Source of the DNA: Bigelowiella natans CCMP2755
Taxonomy: Eukaryota > Protista > Cercozoa
Length of the DNA stretch: 64,000 bases
Direction: 5' to 3'
Assembly (NCBI GenBank): GCA_000320545.1
Contig: ADNK01001115.1
Span: 1-64,000, forward strand
A program made the position numbers and the translations under genes. Of the stretch, positions 11,086 through 24,032 are shown piece by piece. Under the pieces are notes generated by a model, which was given only the letters and a program-made list of their open reading frames with translations, was not told the DNA's origin and did not search any database. Numbering within the stretch: position 1 is the stretch's first letter; the number at the start of each line of letters is the position of its first letter.

Positions 11086-14000
11086 GTCCGCTTGTTTTAA
11101 GTGAGCTTGCTGTGTCGTCGAAAAAGACAAACTTATCTTATTGTGCAAAGGGTCAAGCGAGAAGCTACTACATGGGGGAAGGAATAGGGAGCGGAGGGGA
11201 TGTATTTACTTACCAAAGTGCAGTTATCATCTAGGACAACAAACTTCTTCTCACGATCCAATGACTTGATGCTCGACTTCAGTATCTTAACACGAGCACC
11301 AAACGCCAACCTGTTTAACTTCTGCTCTGGATACCTAGGAGGAGGGAGGGGAAGATGCACGACGGTAGTGTTAGTTGACCTTTGCGGTGCTAATTGCAGC
11401 TAATATTTTGGCGCGTGTATATGTGGAAGGGTAAGTGCAAAGTGAACGTATGTTTGCTGTGCGAGAGAGAAAAAGATAGAGTAGAAAACTAAGGCGATGA
11501 AGACATATTGTTTGTACATTGACCCACGAAAGTAAAGAATCTCTCAGAGAAATAAGCAACTACTTTGCTGTACTCAGAGAAATAAGCAACTACTTTGCTG
11601 TATTCACTGACGAAAAAGAAGAATGCAGCAAATGCCTATTTATTCCTCCAGAGAAGAAACGAATGCCCTTCCCTTCGCTCTAAAAATCCCTCACATTACA
11701 CATCACTCACTCGGAATCGATTGGGAAGAATTTCTCGCTGTCGCCATTCTTTTCGTTCGGGGAGATCATCGTAAGGGAGCGGAAGTTTGCACCCGGATTC
11801 GAGATCAAAGACTCGAGAAAAGCGAGGGCTGTTTGAGTCGCTCCGACAACTACGATGCGCGTGTTTACGGCAATGCGCGGCTCGTGTAGTAGACGCGCGG
11901 TAGTGAGAAAGAGCGCGAAGTCCAAGTTTCCCCGTTTCGATAACATGCCCCCTGCATCCTTGTCACTAAGCGCCGGCCGCGGTACGCACTTGGCCTTGCC
12001 CTTCGGAGGAGCGGGAATCTTGCGCGGCGCAACTTGCAGCATTTCGTCGACTAGCAACTGGCTGCTGCTGCTGCTGCTGGTGTCACTTGGGAAAACACGA
12101 TAGTAGAGCACGTTTTTCGAGAACTGGCGCATCACCTCGGCAAGAATGGTTTTGCGCTGGCTCTCAAATAAAGGATCGAGGGCACAGTGAATGATAGTTG
12201 CATGGTCCTCAGAAGGATTTCCTTCCATCGACACTGCATCTTGCACTGCGTACTCGGAGCAGAGCCACGCGGCCTCCCGCTTTGTGTCCTCGCCCTCAAC
12301 GATGATTACACCTGCGAACTGATTGTCAAAGGAAACAGTGAACGCTCCGCGAGCGGGCAGAGTATCAGCAGCTTGCTTTTCCTGGCAGGCAACGCAGTCA
12401 CGCGCGTCTACGATGATGTCAGCAGCATTGTCAACTCCTTCTAGCATGCCGCGCAAGGGGATCAGGTCTCCCCGCTTTGCCCACTCGACGGAGATTCCCA
12501 TAGCTCCCAAAACGGCGACGCGGTGTATGAGAAACAGCGAGTGCGAGAACGTAGTGGAGGGCAGCGGTTGGATGTAAGTGAAGCTATGCAGCAGCTCAAC
12601 TTCACTCACTGAATGCGGCATTGTTAGGATACAATAGTCGTGCTCTGGAAATCTCTTGAAGATCTCTCCTAGAAACACGCCTCCGAGAGTTTCGTATTGG
12701 CTGTCGAGGCAGTAGAGCGTGATGCACACAGCGTTCCCAGCAGCTGTGCTCGTGCTCCCGTCCGTCACCGGTTTCTTCTCGTTGGAGTGCTTGCTGTCTG
12801 CTTTGCCCTCGGGTGGGGACGTTGTCCATTCACCCATCGTTAAGATCTTCTTTAATTCTTCGTCGAGCTGCACGCTCCCCCCCTCCTTTGTTTCTCCTAC
12901 TAGTCCTGCGTACCTCGAAATCGCGTGCACATACTTGGGGTCGACTGCCTTCGCACCGCTGGCAGATGCCACCTGACGGCAGAGATACTTAAACTTTTCT
13001 ATGTCGCATGGTGCGTCCGGGGTTTCGAGCGCCGGCTTGAGCGCCTCTTGCATTTTTTCATCGAGCGACGAAAGCTCCTCTTGCTTCACCGCGGTGCCTC
13101 CTTCTATTGAAGGCTCGTTTCTAGCTGCGGAGACTAGGCATGCGGCGACAAGCTGCATGGGAATGTGCTCATTCCACTTGCTCACGAAGTACTTCTGCTC
13201 TTTCTTCTCCTCCTCCTTCTCCTCCTCTGCATCGTCCATCGTCATGGCTAACAACAATGGGCAAAAGATTCAGGGAGGGTTGTGAATATTGCTGAATTTG
13301 ATAATTGCTTCAACCAAAATGCATCCACAATAATGGCAGGAAATGGAAAAGAATGCAAAGTCTCTCCCCAAACAAGCACTACATGTAGTAAAATACCCGG
13401 CGCTGCTTCGTCCTCTTCTTGAACCTCGTCCTTCTTCTCGGCCTCCTCCATCTCCTTCCGCAGCTTTTCTACGTCAATACTGGAGACAAAGGCGCGAACG
13501 ATACTCTTGTGAATCCCCTTGTAAAGCTTAGAGAAGATGCTTTGGAATAGCGCTCCTTTAGAGAGAGCTTTCTCTGTCTCGAGCGCACTGAGATCCTCCA
13601 GATAACCGAGGTCGAACGAGTTGCTAGAGGCTACATCCACCTCAGCGCTCTCAATAGGCTTTGCTAAATAATTGTAAGGGGCAAGATCGAAGGAATCGGC
13701 GAGGATCTTCGTGTCAAGGTCGCTTGTGACGCTCATTAACCCCACTGGCTTTCCTTGGACCTCAGCCACCAGCACCTGATTTGACTTATTTTGCGCCTCG
13801 ATAATTCTTGTCAAATAGAATTCTCCATATGTTTCCGTTAGCAGTTCGCTCTGCTCGTTGAAGATAGGCGTAAGATCATCATGGTCTTCGACCCTAGCCG
13901 TACGCACCTTCAGCTGAGGCCTGTAGTTTGTGGAGAAGCTCACGAACATGCGCGGCTCACCCTCAACCTCCTTCTCAGGTGTCATTTCCTCAAACATATC

Positions 14001-14575
14001 TCTCTCTTGAATGGGACCGAACGGCGTGACTCCAGGAATGATGGCATAAAGGATGGCCTCAACGTGGTTGAACGTGTTGTAGACTGCTGAGAGGATACTG
14101 TCGGCGGCCTCCTGTTCGTATAGAGCAGTGGCGGCGAAGAAAGAGAGCCAGATCGTGTTGCCAGGTCCGAGGCCAGTAGCATCGCCAAATTTATTTCTAA
14201 ACCAGGATCCCCATGCCCCCTTTCGGAGTTCCTTGTGCTCCCCACTCGTAGATGGGAAATTTGTGAATGCACCGAAGCCGACGGTTTCGCCTTCCTCGTT
14301 TATGGCAGTGATTGCGATCACCGAGTTCTCTCTACGCATTGGTAGTAGCAAAGGGTAACAAATTGCACGTAAGTATAAACTTATTTTGATCACATAAGTA
14401 CACACACGCGCACGCACACACAACCTTTTTCTCACCCTGACAACTACGAATCGTGCACTCACATTAATTGGTCGATATCATATGCGCCGAAGCGCTTGGC
14501 CAGAACTTTTTCATCACCCTTGATGAGGTACTTCACACCCTTCTCATCCTCGGGGTTGGCTCGGCGAATCTCCAT
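7865..14575 (-). CDS. CFAP61: Cilia- and flagella-associated protein 61 (radial spoke/CSC component); multi-exon
   Basis: MEIRRA...KRFGAYDIDQLIENS start, VRTARVEDHDDLTPIF, YGEFYLTRIIEAQN, RIVVVGATQTALAFLESL (Rossmann-like), PYDHLVL, YDGRLVVDKDF, WSMALFHDRF and C-terminal NLNHLPYDM*. Confidence 0.92.
11543..11602. repeat. Perfect 30-bp tandem duplication inside a CFAP61 intron
   Basis: ctcagagaaataagcaactactttgctgta occurs twice, at 11543-11572 and 11573-11602. Confidence 0.95.
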
Positions 14576-15111
14576 ATGGGTGGATCGAGTCGCCGCTGGA
14601 ACCGGGTCGGGTGGGGGGCAAAGCGTTTCGCTGTTGAAAACTGCTACAATTGCTGCCCAGAAAAAACCCTCTGCATTTCTCTCTGAAATACAGGCTAACC
14701 ATCTCTATTCACTCAATTTTACGCATGCAATGTGAGTTCCTACGTCAATAGATATCGAATGTTTCAATGGTAAAATCCCCTATAATGATGCATTTTTTAT
14801 CGGGTTTCGGGAGCGGAGACACCGAGACGCAAAGGATAAACGACATGCATTTTGTGGAGGTGTTGCCGAACACCGAACACATATCTGTCGCCCGAATTTT
14901 CCCCATTGGGAATGCGATTTTTCCTTACGACAACATTGAAGAGCATTATTTTCACAAGAAACGGGAATCTGATTATGATTCAGCCTGTTGCTGATCCACG
15001 AGCTTCGCCCATCCCCCAAAAGGAACAGCACTTAGCAGACTCGCACCTGACCTGTCAGCCCGCCGCCGGGACTATTCCCAAGGCTTAACACCCAATAATC
15101 CGGAGTGAATA

Positions 15112-15472
15112 ATGGACAAAGAGGCCCCAGATGTAGGGCAGGAGCAGTTGCCAGGTCCATCCGACTTCATTGGCGAGGGCAAGGAGGAGGATATTGGTAA
15201 GCTTTCATATTGTGAGGAATTGAGGTTGTAACCCAATCACCTTCATGTCCTGTGGTATCTACTGAAGGCATTGGAGATCTCGATGAGGTGCGAGCTGAAC
15301 CGTTGCGGGGACAGGTACAGCATGAACGTTGAGAGAAAGAGGGCTGAGCCGTATAGAACCCCTGTGCGCGTGCACACAGATGTAGAGGGTAACTATTGAG
15401 GAGATTGCAAACGTGGGAGTTACGCACGCGGAGGGACCTTGTTCTATCAATATACCGAACATGCAAACACAC

Positions 15473-15514
<42 letters not shown>

Positions 15515-16547
15515 AGCGTGTAAAAACTGCAAGCTGTCGTTCATGAATGTAATGATAAATACAAAGGCTTCTGGGCCTCCTGGAAACGACATCCCAGAGA
15601 TCAAATATGGATTGACGGCCATGGTCATCGAGGTGCTCATATTCTGGGTAGTCTCCTTTGCAGTCTCCGTATCGGTCGGAGTTGTCTACCCGTTCTTGTT
15701 CTTGGTTTGTATTCCTCTTGGCTTGTACGTCAAGGAAAGCAAGGACATCATACATTTCACGGCCCCCGCCGGTACCTTCGCCTTCGGATACATTCCCGGG
15801 ATGATCATCATCTGGTTCGTCGAGACCATTCTCTTCGTGATCTGTATTCAAGTCTTCTTCGCTTTCGGGGTCAACACCTCGCCCGATTCTACTTCGGAGG
15901 AGAGGGACGACGGTTTCATCATCTTCTGGCTTTTCGCATCATTCTTCGTATTCGCAGTAACAACTGAGGTGGGGAAGTACCTCATCCTCAAATACGCTCG
16001 ACTTGTGTGGCCCAACGCTTTAGAGATGAAGGGGAGCATCATCATGACAGTTGCAGGGGCTTTAGGGTTCTCCATCAGCAATAACGTTATATTACTGCTC
16101 ATTCACGCCTCTTACGAAAATTGGGACATCGGCACGACCTTTCTGTGGGCGATATACCTATCGTTTGTCCTCGACACAGTGCACTGCCTCACCGCCTACT
16201 ACATAGCCCTCTCCGTTATCAGAAAGGAGATTTTCGACCACGACTTGAAGCTTTATCACATTCTCTCGGTTCCGATCATTGCTAGAGGAATCTTAGTTTT
16301 TTGTAGCTCACCCATAGCAGCTTTTCTCAACGGCGCAGTGATGTGGACGGTCATTATCATCGTGGAACTCGTCATCATCGCTGGCTTACTTCTTCTCATC
16401 AAGCATTCACAATCGAAACTCCCCCGCGAGCATATCGAGAGGGGTGGCTATTTTACGGTGCTTGGCGTGGGCTCCGAACCCGAATCAATGAACTTGGAGC
16501 TTGAAGAAGGCGTTAATGAGGGAAAGGAGGTTGAGGTGCAAAATTGA
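15112..16547 (+). CDS. PrsW-family-like multi-pass membrane protein with degenerate catalytic motifs; main exon about 15567-16547, 5' exons uncertain
   Basis: About 8 hydrophobic segments; TEVGKY (cf. EExxK), GALGFSISNN (cf. GFxxxEN), DTVHCLTA; putative ATG at 15112. Confidence 0.7.
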
Positions 16548-16924
16548 TCATTATTTTGAAAAATCAAGAGAATTTTTTTCTGCAGGAAAGTTAAATCGAA
16601 TTCGATATCCGTAACTTACAAGCGTGCGGTAGATAGAGCATGTAATCTCCCTCATCTCCCCCCATTATAACTACTGTCAAAGCTGTAGATCATCAATATC
16701 CATAAGAATCTATATCCATACAATTTTATCTCTGTTGCATGCGTGGAGCACCGTCAAGGCGATACGATTTCGAAATCGATAGTGACGACATATATGTAGG
16801 GTAGCAGCCATACATGCTTTACGTATGCATCACATACATGATTTGTACATAGTCTGAGCAATTCTGCGCCACCGAACCGTACTGATAGCTTTCCATGCAC
16901 ACTCCTATGCTACATCTAGATGCG

Positions 16925-17015
16925 TTTAGGCGCTGTAGCCGCTGCGCTTGCATAGCTACATTAGGATGACAATTGAAAGGATTTAATCATGTCATTCATT
17001 ACATCCGTCTCATAT
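16925..17015 (-). repeat. Dispersed ~90-bp two-hairpin element, copy 2
   Basis: Reverse complement tatatgagacggatgtaatgaa...ttaaatcctttcaattgtcatcctaatgtagctatgcaagcgcagcggctacagcgcctaaa. Confidence 0.9.
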
Positions 17016-17778
17016 AAACAGCTACTAGGATCTAAAGACTACATATGAGGTGGTGGGTAGCAAACATGCACTGCAAAATTTAAATTTGCATGTTCTGTCA
17101 CATATACGTACCGGGTCTGAAGCACGCAATAATTGTAATGCTGTCGATGCGAATTTCTTTGGTGCTGCTGACTGCTATGACTTGTGAATGCACATTCCTG
17201 CAAAAGTAGAACAAACAGCACATTGTCATATAGCTGCACAATAGACGTTATTACACAGCTCTCTAGCTCTAGCAGACGTGCTCTATGCTACACGTATGGA
17301 TGCCGTAATACTAAATGTGCATAGTTGCATATACTATCTTCCGCACGGATCGTGTTGTAGCTAATATGCAAAGGTACGTAAATTAATAAGCATTGCTGTC
17401 ATATCTTGCATGGCATATATGATGCTATACATCTAATACATGCGGACACTGTCATCTTGATGATGTCTGGCGTACGCGTGTTACGTTGATTGTCGCGTCA
17501 ACAGAGAATGCAGCGGCGTTACTGCAGCTGTAATACGCAGGCATATATCTAGCAGGCACCTCTTCATTTGATGATATTAGTAGTATCCTATATCTGCTCG
17601 TATCGTATTCTAGTACTGATTATTGAAAGCTTCAACCAGTGCTATTTCTGCTCAAGAACCATGGGCAGCAATGACACCCCATTCGAGCCCCCGGACGCCA
17701 GTCGAAAGCATGCAGCTGCCCCCCCCCCTCATTTCCCCACGTATCTTAGAGAAATGGAGTCCGAATATTCGAATCAAT

Positions 17779-19694
17779 TCACATGACATGTTGGGCCTGT
17801 TGCTCACCATGGCCAAAAACGTCGATATCCTCCTCCTCGTCCTCAGGTACGACATCATAGTTATCGGACCTCTTGCTGCTGCTGCTGCTGCTGCTGCTGC
17901 AGCAGCAGCAGTAACACTAAGGAGCGATAAAAATCATGAATCAGAGGACAATTGGTCACGAGACAGATGGGAGAAGATGCGGCTAACCAAAGCAAGGAAA
18001 GCAGCCAACGATCCTAGGATGATGAACACCATGGTGACAGTAACTTCGTTCTGATGTAAGAGACGCAACCCCAATAATGCAAATCATTCTTTCCACCCTC
18101 ATAATGATTCAAGAAAGAAAAAACACAGGAATCAACAAAGAAGACAGCACAATCTCGGAAGTTCCGGCAAGTGGTGCCAGCGCCAATCTAGTTCTCCACA
18201 ATCCAATCGCACTTAATACAACCTCCTCGCTTTGTGCGGTGTCGTTGGGAGCGGCGTCGTTCGATGGCCCCGCGGGTGTTGGAGGACTCGTCGTGAGCAC
18301 AGGCTCGCAGTTTTGATGGCATGCCTCCGCGAATCCTACCTGGGCGTTACCCACATCAAACACGGTGAAGTACTTCCTCATAAAGGTGTCGCCTAAAATC
18401 CAAAGCGGCTCGCCCATGTCCAGGGGAGTGAAGGAGGAGAAGCAGACCTTCTGGCCCTGATACCTGTACTGCATGATGTAGTCCTCCGCGCCGAGCGTGT
18501 ACTTGTCCCCATGAATGATGAAGTTGACTGGGGGGCCTGTTTTCTTCAGGTCGCATTCCACCTGCTCGCAGCTTGCATCGCCACAGATCTTCATATTGAG
18601 CTCCATGATCTGGAGGCTTGGTCCGGCGATGAGGGAGGTGCCGCTGTCTGCAATCGCCTGCGTTTTGTTGTGGTTCTTAAATGTAGTTGGGGCCTCCTCG
18701 AGCCGCTTACGAAGGGCCTCTTTCTCCTCTTCGGCCATTTGCATGCCATCGATGTGGCCACGAAGATCTTCCTTCCAGTTCTTCATGCTCGCACTCCCCA
18801 CGGAAATATCATCGAGGTCGAACTGCCAGTAGGTCCTTTCAGAGAGGGGATAGTACTTGATGGGGCCATTGTACCGGTACACGCAGCCTGCGTTCACACA
18901 GTGCGTGCCGCCGAGGAAGAGGTCTCCATGCTTGTCAGGGTCACCGCGAGACTTGAGATAGAAAGCGAACTTCTGCTGCTCTGGGCTTGGGAACGCCCCG
19001 TGTTTGTGTATCAGGTGGTCCACAGCTGAGTATGGCAACGAAATCGGACAACGACACGGTGAGTGAGACGGGAGGTTAGTTAAATATGGAGGAGGAGGAG
19101 GTGGTGGTGGAGGAGGAGGAGGAGATTTGATTTGGCCACAACACTCTTAAGTTATTACGCGTTTTAAGGTGGTCCACAGCAATGGAGTTCCACGCAAGTC
19201 CGAGAATCCCATCAAAATTAGCCTTTTTGAATACGTCCCCTGGCTCCTTGGTAGCCTCTCCAAACTTCTGGGCATGGACCTTGACGCCTCCAAAAGTAAG
19301 GACATCACGGCTCACAAGCCCGGAGCATTCGCTAAAGGAAAAGTAAAGGAAGAAGGAAGGGAAAGGGAGGAGGCGGAGAAGTAAGGTTGGAGGAAAGTAC
19401 AATAGGTACCACCAAGTTGTGCAGTCGATGTGATCGAAGAAAGAACGATGAAGGTAGGAAAAGGCAGGCACCCGCTGTTAAATTATAGATTACCCCGATC
19501 CATACTGAATTGCATATGTCATCCTTTCGCCTTGTAGATCCATCACGGCTTCAAATGTACTCGATTTATTGCTATGGTATAGGTTGTGAGGAAGGCACTC
19601 CCCCGCTTGCTCTTGCACGCTCGAGCACTTGCAAACTTCGCAAGAATCGCTAGGAATCTGAAGGACCATTAAATTTGTCAGCTCTGATCACGTT

Positions 19695-19740
<46 letters not shown>

Positions 19741-20327
19741 AAAAGATCCTTTCAGTCGTTCGATGAAATATGTACTGAAGCAATATGAATGATGAAGCAA
19801 TTAACCCAAAGATTGGAGGATCCTGTGTCCAGGATCAGAGTGAAAGACTGAGGACTGAGTTTTGTTGGTGGAATACGCAGCAAATGCGTAGTGAGAAGAT
19901 CGCCTTCTCCATTCAAAACAAGAATAAACGCTTACGGTGTTCCTAAGGTGATCGATGCCATATATTCGCAGTCCATGTAATCTTTCGAAAAGAAAGATAA
20001 GTATTATGGAAGCATAATGTTCCGTGCAACTGGTTGTTAACATTACGTACCTTTGATTGGAATGTCCGCAGCTGTCAGCGACTTCTCTGACTTTTTCTTT
20101 GGCGCTGTGTTCATGGAGACGATCAAGGCAGAATCGTCCTCTTTCTCGAGCAAGGACTGACGCAGTGGCTTTCGTCCGTGTAACTGCAAGGTAGTCTGCG
20201 CTGGGTTGCCACCATTCCTCAAATCTGTTTGAATGAACGATTCTCCCTGCAGGCGGCTCTGTTGGTTCTTATGTTTGGTCCACGCAGCCCTGGATAACAA
20301 GGCGACATTGAGCAGGAAGAGAAGCAT
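17779..20327 (-). CDS. Pepsin/cathepsin D-family (A1) aspartic protease with signal peptide and probable C-terminal TM anchor; multi-exon
   Basis: Signal [83 protein letters not shown]; spliced tail with TM MVFIILGSLAAFLAL. Confidence 0.9.
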
Positions 20328-21212
20328 AGCCCTTAGAGTCACGGGTTGGGGGTGAGTGATTGCAGAGCTCGAATCAATTTTTTGGCAATACGGACCGTTT
20401 CCAGTCTTTCTGCGAAGGTTTTCCTTTGTCGCATGGGGAAATAGGACTTGCTCTTCGAACACACCCTACTCGCAGTGATACACTAATACCAACGAAAAAG
20501 AAAAGCAAAGACACAGGGCATTTACACGGTTGCGACAATAGATATCGAAGTGCCGAACGTCTGCAGTGGCTTTCCAAGAACCTTTCGTGCATGTAGTAGC
20601 ACGAGCACTCTCCGCAAGGCGAAAACCGAAGTTCCTCCGGAAAAGTCGAAATTTGTGCACTGGACACTGATCCCATTATCTTGTCCGATGATAGCATGGT
20701 CCGAAATGTCAGTCCCTACTTTGGCTCGACACCTCGAATGCAATGTCTCAACGATCGACCAATCTCACATTGGAGACAAAAAAATTTCCTATGAAGATGA
20801 GCTAGATAGAACAGAGTGGGAAGCGTCAACAAAAGATTCTGATGCAGGAGGTAAACTTCATCATGCATTGAAGTTTTGATGCTGTACAACGCTTAAAGTT
20901 CTCGAATTGCTCTAGTGCTCACTGTTGCACAGCATCGTCTTACATCACATGCTAGCATGCTACACGCATGCAAAGCTCGCGCTGTTAACGAAGTCGAAAT
21001 AAGATGGAATTTTCCCATGAGAGAATGAGCAACGGCAAACTTCTTAAAGTTTAATCAAGCCGGAATCACTGAAAGATTGCTAGCTTGCCTACACAAACTG
21101 AAGCAAGACAGATCGTACGCCATGCATTGATACGCACATGTGCAAGATGCTGCTGCATGTATGTGTCGATCTGAAACGATGATAATATTGAGTTACAAAT
21201 GCGAACAGAAGA

Positions 21213-24032
21213 TTAATCATCTGCATCTACGAGCCACTTTGCGAATTTGCTTTTGTCTGCGTCAACTCGAACGCCAACGAAAGTTGGAAACCTCGGTTTT
21301 CCGTCCTTAGTGTACTCGAAGAACTTTACTGTGATTATGGAACCGATAGGTGGAGGATTGCGGCGCTGTTCATCCGACATACCACTGCCGACATTAAATT
21401 GTATTCCATTATCAAGCCTGGCGTCAAGGGACCCGGCCTGTCCATCGTACTTACCTTTGCCCTTGTTGTATCCTACCACAACCGCTTCGCAGTCTTGGAA
21501 CGTCTTGACCTGAAGTAAATATGTGTATTTTGGAAATAGGGAAAAGGAGGCAGCCAAAAGGAAACTCAAAATCAAAACCTTGAGTAGAGTCGTGCTTCGG
21601 CTTCGGACATATTTTGAACCAGGCTTTCTCAGCATTAGCCCCTCAGCGCCGTCCTTCGTCAACTTGTCCAACTCAGTCTGTGCCCGCATGGTGATTTCAG
21701 GAAAATTCGAACAAACACTACAAAAGAAAAGAAGGACCTCCACGTGCTCTTTTCCCTCGCACAACGTGTGTTGTACGACACGAATATAGGCGTTGAGTTT
21801 CTTCTCTGCCTGGGTCTTAACCCTTTCTAGCCTCTTCTCGAACGGAAGATCGAGCGAGGGAGCGTCAAAAACTTCATACGTCAGCTTCTTCCACCGCTCA
21901 CCAGCCGCAAACGACTTGACAATTCCGGAGGTCGCTTGGAACCTAAGGGTATTAAATATCATCCCATGATCGCTTGGCGCTGCGGAACAATTAATTTCGT
22001 TGTTTGATCAGTGCTCATAAGATATTTATATTTTGGGTCTTCGTCGTGGTGGTTGGTGTCCGGATACTTACTCGTTGCGGCCGCCAAACAACTCTCCATC
22101 CAGATGCAAGTCTGTTGGCAAACCCTCTGTGAACCACGAGGGAGCGTGAAACTTATTGCCGTTGCGCGACAGAAATTGTGATCCATCCCAGTACGCACGG
22201 ATTCTGAGGTGTTTAGCAGAAGAATAGATTATTAGGTGGAAATGCTTTAAGCATTAATCTTCTTCTTGTCAATGAATACCCATCGAGTTTCTCACTCATC
22301 CACCATCCGGAAACGTTTTCCCCTTTCCACTTCTTCGCAAGTAGTACTCCTCGCATACCGCCGGCTTTCTTTGTAACTTTTGCTCCTCCTCCTTTTCCTC
22401 CTCCTCCCTCCCCCTGTCCTACACCCCTGAGGCAGCCTTTCTGTACGAACTGCATGTACTCTTCCCCGAGGTGGGCTTGCAGGTGCTTGCATGTTCGTGT
22501 GTCGACAGCCCCACCGTAGTACCGCCATGCGGGGCACGTGCAGTAATGGACACCACCGCGCAAGCGAATTTCATACTCGGAGTCTGGAATCTGGAAAGTC
22601 TCTCCCTCACTCAACTTCAGTTTCGGTGTGGGTCGCACACCAGCGGCCGTTTCGCTGGCTTCACCCCTTCTCATCCTTTGCATGAACCAATCCTCGTCGA
22701 CCATCTCTATGCCAAGATCCCGCGCCTTTAGCCGCTTCGATGTGCTTTGCTTACCGCCGCTGGCAACAACAAGGTGGGTGACTCTCTGAGTTAGGGAGCT
22801 GGAGAAGGTTCCGCCGAAGCGGGAGATTGCATCTTCAGCTACACGACGCACGCAGGGAAGGGTTCCAGTGATGCAGATAACCATGCCTTTGAACGGCTGC
22901 GAGGAGCTTAGTTTTGCCTCAGCTTTAATTCCCCACACTTGTTTTTTCCCGCGTTTAGCCGCTCTAGCTTCACCGCCACCATCTCCCCGATCTCCCCGAC
23001 TACGCTTTACAGTTTCCACCTTCGGGGTATTCAGCATTGAAACTGCACGAAGAACGCTCTTTCTCTGCCCAAGTTTGGCAATGCCTATTTCTTTGAGATC
23101 GTCTGAAGTCAGAGCTTTAAGACCCCACCCTGTTAAATCCTGTTCCCTCAGAAGCACCAATGTCTCGGGCTTAATATGGCATTGCCCATACACGCTCTCT
23201 AGCCAACCCATAGCTATTTTTTCATCCCAGGAGTCCACCTTCGATATGTCAAAGTTTGCCACCGAGGAGCTCGATGATGAATTTCCATTTGCTATCTTTT
23301 TAGCTACGATATCTGATGATGGGAGGGAGGAGGAGGAAGAGATCGCGGTAGATATATTGCCAGACGACGAAGCTTTTTCAACTTTAACGACTATCGGTTC
23401 GTCGTCTTCTGAGGCTTCCTCATCCATTGGCTCTTCCTCCTCCGCTGCTCGTATTGGAATCCGTTCAGCAGCATCGAAGGTCAGCAGCCTCTCGACTGCA
23501 CGCTCTACATTCCCGTCTGAGAGACGAATAGCTTCCTCGCATAGCGCTTTTGCGAAGCCCATGCCTACCAAACAGTTACGATGATTACACCTATATTTCC
23601 ATTTAATTAAGTAATGTAATGCAATTGTATTTACTTTTCAAATGGTCAATCTTCGAGCGACTTGCTTGGCGACGAAAAGTCCGTCGCGGGGGAGGGGAAA
23701 CAAAACCTGCCTCCGCACCCTTCTCTTCTTTGGCAACCTTTGTTGCTCCCTCTTTCACGTTCTCCTCTACGACTTCATAACCTTTACTCAACTTCTTCCG
23801 CCACATTTTTGAGGCAAAGTCTTTTGCTTCAGCTTTGGATACGTGCTCCTTCACCTGTAAAGTTGTCGAATCAAATCGGATTCTCTTTTTCGAGAAATGG
23901 GCGCTCGCTTGTCACCTGCGTAACTCCGGGAAAACCAATGCGGCCCCATGTTACTCTCGTCGTATTTCCATCGACTGTAACCTCCCAGAATTTGTTCGAA
24001 GAGCCGCCAGAGAACTCCAGGCGAGACCTCAT
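21213..24032 (-). CDS. Minimal ATP-dependent DNA ligase (adenylation + OB) fused to N-terminal WGR, UBA, SAM, BRCT and SWIM-type Zn-finger domains; 7 exons with short introns
   Basis: WGR: KFWEVTV..VTWGRIG..KKLSKGY; UBA: MGFAKALCEEAI..GNVERAVERLL; SAM: W..WL..LTSDDLKEIGIAKLGQRKSVL; BRCT: ICITGTL..GG..VTHLV..VDEDW; SWIM: YCTCPAW..TCKHL; ligase: SEKLDGIRAYWDG, LDGELF, EGLMLR, VGSG, PRFPTF. Confidence 0.9.

Noticed and set aside
11543-11602. 30-bp repeat as a CRISPR array
   Set aside because: Two abutting units with no spacers, in a eukaryotic intron
12740-13650. Long acidic insertion inside CFAP61
   Set aside because: As I recall, CFAP61 orthologues carry a variable insertion at this position, and I recognised no domain in it
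20550-20879. 109-aa + strand ORF between the protease and the ligase
   Set aside because: Non-ATG start and no motifs; it lies in the protease promoter region
42-24032. Pol kappa and the ligase (plus SMC4) as a functional repair or mutator gene cluster
   Set aside because: They are separated by unrelated genes and nothing indicates more than chance linkage
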